In this document: one piece after another, positions 12,798-22,772 of the stretch
How the letters are laid out: every line of letters starts with the position of its first letter
How positions within the stretch are numbered: the stretch's first letter is position 1
DNA from: Girardia tigrina
Lineage: Eukaryota
Direction: 5' to 3'
Length of the DNA stretch: 50,979 bases
Assembly: GCA_001938485.1 (NCBI GenBank)
Contig: MQRK01237544.1
Span: forward strand, 1-50,979
Made by a program: the position numbers and the translations under genes
The notes under the pieces: model-generated
What the model was told of the DNA's origin: nothing
The model's input: only the letters and a program-made list of their open reading frames with translations
Databases searched by the model: none

Positions 12798-14075
12798 ATG
12801 AATTCTAAAGACGTAAGAGTGGTAGTAATACCATATGATTTATCGAAATATAATCAAAANNNNAATTAAAAATGGTTTTGGAAATGTTCCTGGGATATTT
12901 ATAAGTCGAGTTGAAAATAATTCTATTGCCGAAAAATCCGGCTTGATAATCGGTGATCGAATTATTAAAGTTAATAATATCAGCTGTGATCAAATTTCAT
13001 CAAATGAGGTTTTGAAATTGTTAACAGAAGACCGAGATTTGGTTATTGTAATTTCCCGTGAAAGAGAATCGTCTAATATCGAAGCTNNNNNNNNNNNNNN
13101 NNNNNNNNNNNNNNNNNNNNNNNNTAAAATTGTTAATTCTACTAGCGCTTGTGATTTTGAAAATGATACGAATTTATTGAATGACAATACAATAAAGACT
13201 TTTCACATTGAAAAAGATGCAAAGATTGAAGACCTAAAGAAACTTATTTCCATTGATAGAAAAATCGATCAAAATAAGATCAAGTTGTTAATAAACCAAG
13301 AGGAATTAAAAAATGAATTATTGATAGAATCATATGGAATCGATAGAAGCACAGAAGTGATGATGATTTACCAAACGAATAAAAAGCAAATTAGTGTCAA
13401 ACAAATTCATTTACTTCAATATCAAAATTATTTAGAAAATGATAAAGTGATTGATGATAATGAAATCAATGAGAACAGCTTATTGACGTTGAAAATTGNN
13501 NNNNNNNNNNNNNNNNNNNNNNNNNNNNNNNNNNNNNNNNNNNNNNNNNNNNNNNNNNNNNNNNNNNNNNNNNNNNNNNNNNNNNNNNNNNNNNNNNNNN
13601 NNNNNNNNNNNNNNNNNNNNNNNNNNNNNNNNNNNNNNNNNNNNNNNNNNNNNNNNNNNNNNNNNNNNNNNNNNNNNNNNNNNNNNNNNNNNNNNNNNNN
13701 NNNNNNNNNNNNNNNNNNNNNNNNNNNNNNNNNNNNNNNNNNNNNNNNNNNNNNNNNNNNNNNNNNNNNNNNNNNNNNNNNNNNNNNNNNNNNNNNNNNN
13801 NNNNNNNNNNNNNNNNNNNNNNNNNNNNNNNNNNNNNNNNNNNNNNNNNNNNNNNNNNNNNNNNNNNNNNNNNNNNNNNNNNNNNNNNNNNNNNNNNNNN
13901 NNNNNNNNNNNNNNNNNNNNNNNNNNNNNNNNNNNNNNNNNNNNNNNNNNNNNNNNNNNNNNNNTGACAGAAGTATCGAGCTTATGCTTACAAAAATACA
14001 AATGCCTTAAAGTACTCGGAGAAGGAGGATATAGCAAGGTTTTTGAAGCTATCAAATTAAGAACCTCTGCTGAGA
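12798..14075 (+). pseudogene. Chimeric/fragmentary ORF: PDZ domain, ubiquitin-like repeats and protein-kinase subdomain I (spans N gaps)
   Basis: PDZ GIFISRVENNSIAEKSGLIIGDRIIKVNN (12871-13070). Ubl IEDLKKLI...IKLLINQEELKNELLIESYGI (13185-13497). Kinase YKCLKVLGEGGYSKVFEA (~13986-14075), truncated by BEL sequence. Confidence 0.65.
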
Positions 14076-14096
14076 TACAACATGTGTCATTGAGCA

Positions 14097-14510
14097 TATA
14101 ATCGTTATATCTTCGGGTTCACCTTGAATATTTAATTCTTTTACGACATTTTTTGTGATATAACTAGTGTTGCTACCATCATCTAATAAAGCAATAACTC
14201 TGATCGATTTTTTTCCATTTCTGATTCCGACTGGAATGGTTCTCATAGCAATTATTTCATTCGAATCCACAACTCTTACTGTTTTTGTTGTCGTTGTCAC
14301 AGAATTCTTTTTGATCTCTTGATTTCCTTGTTTGTTTATTATCCTTTTGTCATCATCATTGGTCACATGTTTGAATTTGCATTTTTCTCCATACGGGCAA
14401 TCTCCATTTTTAAAGTATTTACAAATGAATTGTTTCGGTTTCTTTTTTTCTTGGTGCTTATACCGACATTTATCTCCAAATTTGTACGTTCCTTTGGCAA
14501 AGTATAAGCT
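14097..14510 (-). mobile_element. BEL/Pao gag-end/aspartic protease fragment carrying tandem CCCH zinc fingers
   Basis: One open frame: SLYFAKGTYKFGDKCRYKH..CKYFKNGDCPYGEKCKFKH...MRTIPVGIRNGKKSIRVIALLDDGSNTSYITKNVVKELNI. Confidence 0.8.
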
Positions 14511-14942
14511 GTTTCACGATGAAATAAGCCTTCAAAATTAGTGCTAGAAAGCGAGATTTAGAGGATTTCTTGTAAGTCAGAACCGGCTCAAACTTATTCT
14601 GAATTTCCACAAATAAATCTAATTCTTCAAAATTTGGATTTTAAAAATTGAAATTTCTATTATACTTTTTTTGGTTTTTATTTGAAAATTAATTTGTAAT
14701 CGGTTTTTTTGAGTGAATCGGACAGAGCAAATGACAATATGTTTATTTTAATTATTCGAGTTGTTTAAATGTATTAATTTAATCTTTTGGCGCAAAAAAG
14801 TTTTAAACAAAAATTGAAGTCGCCATTATTATTTTTTTCATTGAGTGCAGATCAATTTGTAAGTATAAATAAATAAACATTAATTCTGCTTCGATTTTCG
14901 ATTTTCAATTTATCCGGTGTAAATTTTTATTTTCGAATTGTA

Positions 14943-15240
14943 ATGGTAACCAAAGTCGACTTGAAAGTTGTTGTTTTTGGCAAAGAATGCGTCGAAAAAA
15001 CTGCATTAGTCGATCGATTTTTGAACGGGAATTTCCAGGCGAATAATGCCTATCAACCAACGATCGAGGCGGCCTATCGCGTGCGCCATTTGAAGAACAG
15101 CGATAGTATTCCGATTATAATGGACGTTTGGGACACGAATGTATTATCGCGGCGCTAAGGCGATGATTTTGTGTTTCGACTTAACAGAATCGATCAGTTT
15201 CAATAAAATCAATTATTATCAGCTGAGAGACGCTGAGCCG
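14943..15240 (+). pseudogene. RAB24: Rab24-like small GTPase fragment, intronless, with a G3/switch II deletion
   Basis: VDLKVVVFGKECVEKTALVDRF..YQPTIEAAY..MDVWDT, then after a deletion/frameshift MYYRGAKAMILCFDLT..SF. Matches my recall of Rab24 ([47 protein letters not shown]). Confidence 0.75.
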
Positions 15241-15672
15241 CGAATTCTCCACGACAAAGAAATCAAAAGGTCTCACAACTCTGAATTAAAGAAATGTTAG
15301 GACAACGTATTGGCGCAATTGAAAGAGAAAATTACCGACACAAATGGCCAATCAGTCGTCGTCTTACCGTCGATCAAATCCGATGTCGACACTCTCATGA
15401 ACGATCCGCGCTTCTTTCGGTCATTCGAAATGGCGTTCTCGTGCAAGTCTCAGAGCACTATCGTGATCGCACTCGACTGTCTCCAGAAACTGAATGCGTA
15501 CGGCCACATCTCGAACTCGGCACTCTATCGCGACTTCTCCAATGAAAGACTCATCAATAAGATCATCGTGTTCATCCGTGACGCCTTTTAGGACGGCCAT
15601 TCCGGGGACGCCGTGCAGCTGCAGATCATCAAGGCCATTCTCACGATCATCATCAAACAGAGTCTCGAGGTT
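15241..15672 (+). pseudogene. BIG1/BIG2 (ARFGEF, Sec7 family) N-terminal DCB-domain fragment fused in frame to the Rab24 fragment
   Basis: RILHDKEIKRSHNSELKKC*...FEMAFSCKS..IALDCLQKLNAYGHI...LINKII..F*..DAVQLQIIKAILT. Two stops, no introns. Confidence 0.8.
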
Positions 15673-15759
15673 CAAATTTTAAATGTGACCCTCCGACTGG
15701 ATGCTCTCTCCCCGTCGCCGGCGTGCCGCAGCCACAAAATCGATGCGCCCGCTCTTGCA

Positions 15760-17279
15760 CCATCATAAGCATTCCATTTTCTCATTTGAAGTCACACCGT
15801 AATCACTAATTTCTTTTGAAATGTTTTCTCTTCATCCAATCCGAACAAACTTTCATAAACCGTTCTGCGATATTCTGCTTCCCCTTCCAACCATGTAGCG
15901 AGAGTTTCAACCCCTGGAGACCTTCACGCTATTTCTTCTCTCCATCTCTCGTAATTTATAACCATTTCTTCCGGGAGTTTCTTCAATAATACTTGGTATA
16001 GAAATCCAGGTTGAAGATTCGATTCTTTGTTCAGGCTTTTGAGTCTTGTTACTAACGACGTGACCATAATTGAAAATTTCCCGACGTCTCTAAATTTTTG
16101 TCCATTTACTTTTCTAAATTTGTCAACTTCATCCTTTAATGAAATATAGTTCCTTTTGATCCCACCATACTTTCTTTCTAACGCTTTGAGCGCCATATCA
16201 TATGCTTCTTCACTGAAACCGAAACTTTCTACTATTTGTTTAGCCTCCTCAGAAATATATTTCCGAAAATATAGCAACTTGTTTTTCTTGCTCGTATTTA
16301 AATCATCAATACACGATTGAAATATCGCTTTCCAATCTGTGTATAATGATATATTCCCAGTGAATACTGGAATCTGCAGTCGTTCAAACTGCTCAAGTCC
16401 CGTATTCACTATAGGTTCTTTTGGATACATCGGTACAAAATTTTCATTTTTCACACATAATTCAAATTTGCTCATCAACTTCTCAACTTCCATGTCAGCT
16501 GATTCTAACTGTTCCCATTCCTTTTCCATTTTGTCCACTTCTTTTCTTTCAAGTTGTCGGGCCAACGTAATCATCTCTTCATATCGATTTTGTATTTCTT
16601 TATATTTATCCTTGTGAGGAATATTTTAAATTTGGTATGTTGAGTTTAGTTTTTGGAAATGTGTTTCTCCTACCCAGATGGAAAATTGATATTTTAGATG
16701 TTCACGATAAATAATTATTCGAGTATAATTTATATAATTTATATTTTTAAGTACAACATAAGATATTTAAAAATATTAAAAATATTAAATCTTTTCAAAT
16801 CTTCATATTAAAATTTAAATAAAATAAATAGTTTTAACTAAGTTTTGAATTAATTAATTATTCTTTCTTTACATAAAATAATTTTTAAATAAAATTAATA
16901 TGTAAATAAAAATTAATACTAAAACTACAAAATTGAATTTTAAAAATAAAATCAGAAAATAATGAAAAATTTGTTCGAATAATTGTTTATAAACATTACA
17001 AACATTTACAAACATTAATAAAAAATTATCAATTTAGAACGATGTCGAATGACGAGAGTTTTGCTGAGAGTTGTCCAAAAGACAATTCTGATTGTAATGA
17101 AAATAAAAGGTTGAAAAGCCATGTTGGTGTTCTTAATAATCCTCATATTTATTTTTAAAGATTTGAAGTGATTCTTTTGTATCTCCGTCGTAAAGTTTCT
17201 TCCTTGTGTTTGACAGTTGCAATCTCTATCCGCTTCTTTGGTTCAACTTCTCGTTCAACTGCTTATCTTCCTCGGAACT
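15760..17279 (-). mobile_element. BEL/Pao gag (DUF1759-like) fragment interrupted by a solo LTR
   Basis: LQIPVFTGNISLYTDWKAIFQSCID..KLLYFRKYISEEAKQIVE..YDMALKALERKYG..LLKKLP..W..LATWLE. Continues on the far side of the 16613-17138 LTR. Confidence 0.85.
16613..17138 (+). repeat. Solo LTR (TG...TA termini) related to the 6024-10735 Gypsy family
   Basis: Starts TGTGAGGA and ends GTTCTTAATA. Perfect 5-bp TSD ATCCT (16608-16612 and 17139-17143). The 3' end is homologous to 6024-6092. Confidence 0.9.
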
Positions 17280-17504
17280 TCCTCCACACAAACGTAAGAC
17301 CAAATGGAAAGTCGATTCCTTTTGAATGTTGTAATCGCTCAATCGACCATCTTCCAACTGTTTTCCGGCGAATAATAATCTATGCTGGTTTGGTGGGATG
17401 CCTTCCTTTTCTTGAATCTTCAATTTGATGTTCTCTATTTTGTCGTTGGATTCCACCTCCAACATTATCGTTTTACCAATTAAACTTTTTACAAATATTT
17501 GAAT
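17280..17504 (-). pseudogene. Diverged ubiquitin monomer, fused in frame downstream of the Hsp90 fragment and joined to BEL gag
   Basis: [75 protein letters not shown]. Confidence 0.9.
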
Positions 17505-17511
17505 TTTGTTT

Positions 17512-17790
17512 TCTGGGAATACGAGACCTTCTTTAGTGACACACACAGGTTTCTTTCGTTGTACTCCCTCCACTGCTGGACGCTGTACTCCTCGATCTGA
17601 TCCACCATCAACAGAATTTCGAATCCTCGTTTAGTCAGTCTCTCCACAAACGTTGAATGAATCACGTTATCCTTGCTCTCACTGGTAATGTTGTAGATTT
17701 CCTTTTGGTTCTCCCTCATCTGAGACACGTGATACTTCAGACTCGTCATTTTGTTGCCGCTCGATGTCGAAGGAAATCGCAAATGCTCTC
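17512..17790 (-). pseudogene. HSP90: Hsp90 middle-domain fragment
   Basis: [82 protein letters not shown] matches cytosolic Hsp90, with one frameshift. Confidence 0.88.
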
Positions 17791-17795
17791 ATGCT

Positions 17796-17810
17796 CCCTA
17801 ACCCTAACCC
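17796..17810 (-). repeat. Interstitial telomere-type repeat (TTAGGG) x2.5 at the Sec22/Hsp90 junction
   Basis: Plus strand CCCTAACCCTAACCC. Confidence 0.6.
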
Positions 17811-17865
17811 ATTTTTTGAACAGGAAGCCGTGTCTCCATGTTTTGGAAAGAGAAGAACTGTGTCA

Positions 17866-18334
17866 ATTTATCATCTAAAGCACGCAGAGATTCTCCTCGT
17901 TGAATTACATCGTCAATGTTTTTCACCATAATTCTTTGAACGTTTAAATTAGAATTAATTTGAGTAAAAGTTATTGGTGTTCGGGTGTCTATATATTTCT
18001 TTTGTGAATTTTGAATATCTTTATCAAATTCAATAAATGCATATGGTCTAGATGCAATTTCAAATTTACTGTCATATTTATTATGAAACTCATGGGATAT
18101 CTCTTTCAAAAATTCAAATGCTCTTGCCTTAGAAAATTCATTTTCAGTTAAAACGATACAACAAATTCCTCTATCAATCAAATAATAAAACATATATGGA
18201 TCACTTTCTATGGCACAAACTGAGTGAGACAAATTAGTCATTTGTCTAAACAATGGTTTCGCTTGATTTTGATAATTATTTAAACTTTTAACAACGAATT
18301 CAATTTCGTTTTCAAAACCGAAATCCGTTTTCAA
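17866..18334 (-). pseudogene. SEC22: Sec22 (longin R-SNARE) fragment lacking the native N-terminus and TM segment
   Basis: YQNQAKPLFRQM..FYYLIDRGIC..AFEFLKEISHEF..SRPYAFIEFD..YIDTR..VQRIMVKNIDDVIQRGESLRALD. Intronless. Confidence 0.88.
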
Positions 18335-18600
18335 ATTTTATTCAACAAAAAAAAATTTTTATTGTGAAGAGACATTTTTTTTGCAATGAAATTTTTTTTA
18401 ACCTTTTTAAATTGTGACTACAATTAACAATAAAAACAAATCTTCACACACACATTCGTCCAATTACAGTTCATTTTCCTCACATATCAAACACACAATA
18501 CACACTGCATTCAGACATTCACACATATTTATTACATTCCTGCACACACACGCAATCATATTGACAGAGTGAGAAAGATTGAATACAAATGGGGCTCACA
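18331..18600 (-). repeat. CA-rich repeat, inverted homolog of 12495-12760
   Basis: See 12495-12760. Core TGTGA (18413) to GGGGCTCACA (18600). Confidence 0.6.
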
Positions 18601-18936
18601 ATCTGATTAATTATCAATCATTGCGGTTTGTTTAAACTAAATGATATCGATTACGAAGGCTGTATTTCTTCTTGCACAAAAGACGCGTGTAATAGTTCTA
18701 GTATTTCTCAATCACATGACGTTTATTTTTATGTCGATAGTTTTTTCCACTCTCATTAGATTCAATTAAAATCATTTATTTAATTTATTTAGTTATTTAT
18801 TATTATTATGTTTTTAATTTGTTTATTTATTTACTTATTTAATTATTTCTTTTAATTTAATTAATTATTTTATTTATTAATTTAATTATATATTTTATTT
18901 ATATTTTCCTGAAACTAGCAAAAATGTTCGGTCAAA

Positions 18937-21900
18937 TCAGCAATTTTCCGCTCCACTATTATTGTTGGAGAAGTGGTTAAAAAAGTTGTCAATGTCACTA
19001 CCAGCAATTGGGGAGCTAAGAAGGCCTGCTGATAGTTCAGGTAGGGAGTTGGCAAGACCATTTAGGTCATTTAATGGTGAGCCAAGTTGCTTAAGGACTT
19101 CCGCCACCACAAATTTCCTGGGTTTGGCCGATAATTTCCTATTCTTGAAAAGCGTTTCTTTAGGGATAGAGTAAGTTCTGCTGAACAAGTTTAGGAGGGA
19201 GCACATAATATCCTCAGGTCCTCTTGGAAATCGATTACTGAATGTCTCGACAGTCTTGTCAATTATTTGGGAACTATAACTATGTATTGGTATTTTGCAT
19301 ATAATATTATCAAGAATATTATTCACTTGAGCTTCCGAGATGGATAGGTTGATAGTGCTGATATCTTGAGTGCTAGTAGGCTTACTTTCAACCATGGCGA
19401 CAGGGCTATTGGGTGGTCGTGAATATTCTAATGTATGTACGGGTGTTCCAATGGGACTTTGGGTGGTATATGAGGGGGGAAGAGGTCGTCCTGAGACATT
19501 GGGATTTGGGACATTGTGGTATGATGGTTAGGGGTTTGGGTTATAGGGGTGGAGCAAAAATGTCGAAAGGATTGCGAAAGCAGGGGACTAATAGAAGAAA
19601 AGGAACTATTAGAGGACAAGGTAGGCTGTGAGACAGTTGGGGTAAAACTGTGTGTTTTAGGTTCTTCTATAAGGATCGTTGTATGTGGGGATGCTCTAGT
19701 TAATGTTTCATAGTTCGGTACTGGTGTATTATTGGGAACAGACGGACGATATGTGGAGTAATTGTTATGTGGGATATCGACTGTATTATTATATATTGGG
19801 GATCTACGAGGAACATCACTGGGGTAACTTAGATTGGTGCTTGTTCATATAGACATTTTGATTGCTATTAGACACTTGTGTGAGTGGGGGAGTCTCGTCG
19901 TCGTACTGTGTTATTAAAATATCGTCAATATCAACATTATCAGGAAGGGGTGTGAGGTGATACCTCAATCTGTGTGGTAATAACGGGAGGAGTTCGCCCA
20001 GGTTTTTGATCAATCAGCGGCTGTTTGAGCACGGTCACGAATTTCAAAAAAAATCGCATTATTCCTATATATTAAAAAAATGACGAAATGAAATCCAGAT
20101 TCAAATAAATATATTTCGCTAATAATCAACGATTAAAACAATTTTCAAAAATAATCATGATCCATCAATTTTAAAATCAAATATTTGGACAAATGTTTTG
20201 TAAATATAGAACAGACATTATAGAAGAGTAAAAATTACAAATATATACATTTGAAAGTTTTGATTTTTTTATAGAATTATTTTCAATTTCACATTAAAAA
20301 TAATTCTAAATTCAAATGAAAATTGCAAATAATAATAAAATAAGAATAACATTAATAAAGACAGTTCTTGATTTAAGCTAAAATAAAATAAAACGAAAGT
20401 TAATTTACATAAAAATTTACACAATTCCCAATGTACAACCAACAAGAAAAACAAAGCTGAACAATAAAAATAATTTACAAAAGTTACAACAGGGTGTATA
20501 ATTTTCGGTATCACTAATTTGTGGGGATAGTTTAGCATATTGATCGGGATGACAAACTATTTTGATAAAAATTCACTACATTTGTTATTTGGGTGGATAT
20601 GATGTGAGATGATCAAAAAGTGAGATATTTGGGATGGAAAGATTTTTTTTGTTCTATAGATTTCAGGAGATTAGCATCTACAGGGTGGACGGGACCCGGG
20701 GAGTACTCAATATTAGATAATATTGGAGAAAAATAGAGACGGAATGAGGAAGTTGGGAAATTCAAAACTGGCAAGTGAGCATTTGGAGAAAAGGATAAAA
20801 AAGTAAAAAAATTGAGTAATGGTAAATTTATTTCTGTAGTGCATCTACTTAGCTTGGTTATAGAGGACCAAAAAAGGGAGATTCTGTTTGGGTTGAGACT
20901 AGAGAGGTTAATAGGGGAGGTATTAGTTTTGGAGTACCAAGTGGTTAGAAGAGATGAGAAAAGGGTATTTGGCGGGGGAGGTGGGAAGGAGATGGAGAGG
21001 GCAGACGTCCTATCAGAAAAGAAGTTGAAGTCTTTAAGACAGTTCTTGGACTTGTATCCAAAAAATTCATGAAATGGGCAGAGAATAATATTTTGGGGGA
21101 ACAGAGTCATTGTTAGTAGTGTCGGGTTTGCTATTATCCTTAATCTCCTCGTTATTCCTGAAATCACGAAGAGTATTGTAGAATTTACCTAAGTCGCTAT
21201 AAGAGACTTTATGATCCTTAATAAGGAAGTTCCATAGTGGGAGAAAATGAATCTTACGATTAAAAATAGCGGGTTTGTTTGTTTTAGAACAAAAGTCAAT
21301 AAATTGTTTTGTTAACTTATCAAAGGTATCAATTTTGTTAAAAAAATTCTTAATTGTTTCCTCCGTATAGACCTTGGCGCTCATTTTGTCAATGCTGGAA
21401 ACGTAGGGAAAAAAAGTTTGAAAAGTTTCAGCATTTGGGGAAATCTGAGGGAGTATGATTTTAATTCCCTGGCTGAAGCTGGAAAAGTTTCGGGTAAAGG
21501 GTTTTCCTGACTTAAATAAGCCAGCGAGTCAAACAGGTTCTGTTGGTTTTCTTTTATTTATGGTAAGAAAAGACGAAAAAGTTACATCAGAGTAGGAGGG
21601 GGTGGACGTTTTATCAGTCAAAAAATATTTAAAAGAAGCAAAAAGTCTATTATCAATAGTGATATGCTCTAACTTATTCCTACAGATAAATGATTTTAGC
21701 TTATTTTTAAATTATTAAAACCAAGTTGAATGGGATGATCTGTGGATATGTCCTTTGGGGGCGACTTGTGGTCAACAAAGGACTTCAGAACAGATTCAGA
21801 GTAAATCCTCTTATCTCCAAAGTCGAACTCCTTAGTGAAAAATCGACAAAACAACCTAAATAGCTCGGCAGACGTCTTATTTATCTTAATTTTATTTAAA

Positions 21901-22772
21901 TCAAAAAACTTCCTAATTCTCTGCGAGAAACGCTTCCTTTGCAAACTAATAATCTTCCCATTAAAAATATTGACATTTGGTAAAGAAAAGTAAAAGTTAC
22001 AAAAAATTTTAAAATTAAAAAAACTATAAATCTATCCATTAAAATTTTTGACCTTAGATAAAAAATCACAGTAAAAAGAAAAAATGTCAAAATTCAAAAG
22101 AATCTGTGATTTAATACAAAAATTATTAAAATAAAAACCTAATAAATTTTTCTGGACAAAATAATTGCAATTATTGATTAAAATATTCATATCCTCAGAG
22201 TGTGGAATAACACGTTGCAACTCTAGTCCAGGCTGTTGACCAGGATGTAGAAGCTGTGAGTCGTCCTTTTTGGTCCTTGCCTCAGTCTGGCGGGGTTGGT
22301 CGAGATCGCGAGTGTTACGATACACTCCTGCAGCAGCTGCAGCGGGGCGAACACGATCAACTACCCTCTATGAATCAGCATTATCAGTAGGACCAAACTT
22401 ATGTTTTGTACCCCACATGGCGGAGTCACCTCCAGCTGCATTGTTAGATAGAGGACCGTATACAACTGGTCCATCTGAGAACATCCCAGTATTACCTTGG
22501 CTATGCAGCCTTTGGTTATCCACCATTCTTGGAGCACCAAAACCGAATGTGGTCGATTTCGCCTTGCGGTTACTTTCTCCTACAGCCCTAGAATCCCTCT
22601 GAAAATTAATGTACTTGTTCGGCTCTTCCTGGCCCAATACAGGACCGTTACCTGGGCCATATAACGGCCCATTACCTTGTCCCAATACAGGGCCATTACT
22701 TAGGCCATATACCGGCCAATTACCTTGTCCCAATACAGGGCCGTTACCTGGGCCATATATGATGTAAGCCAT
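18937..22772 (-). other. Long degenerate minus-strand coding tracts of unknown, probably TE, origin
   Basis: A chain of same-strand ORF pieces (22772 to 20613 and 20013 to 18937) broken by single stops and frameshifts. S/P/N/F-rich and intronless. No motif recognised. Confidence 0.4.
22630..22757 (-). repeat. 24-bp tandem repeat in a 48-bp higher-order alternation, encoding (Y/L)G(P/Q)GNGPV
   Basis: YGPGNGPV LGQGNWPV YGLSNGPV LGQGNGPL YGPGNGPV LGQ at the start of ORF 22368-22772. Confidence 0.8.

Noticed and set aside
17139-17147. LTR ending ...TCCTCATA as an inverted match to TGTGAGGA
   Set aside because: ATCCT is the target-site duplication; comparison with four other copies puts the end at TTAATA.
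17280-18334. Functional ubiquitin, Hsp90 or Sec22 genes
   Set aside because: All are truncated, frameshifted or far more diverged than these conserved proteins allow.
22630-22757. Regularly spaced repeats resembling a CRISPR array
   Set aside because: Contiguous tandem coding repeat with no unique spacers and no cas genes, in a eukaryotic context.
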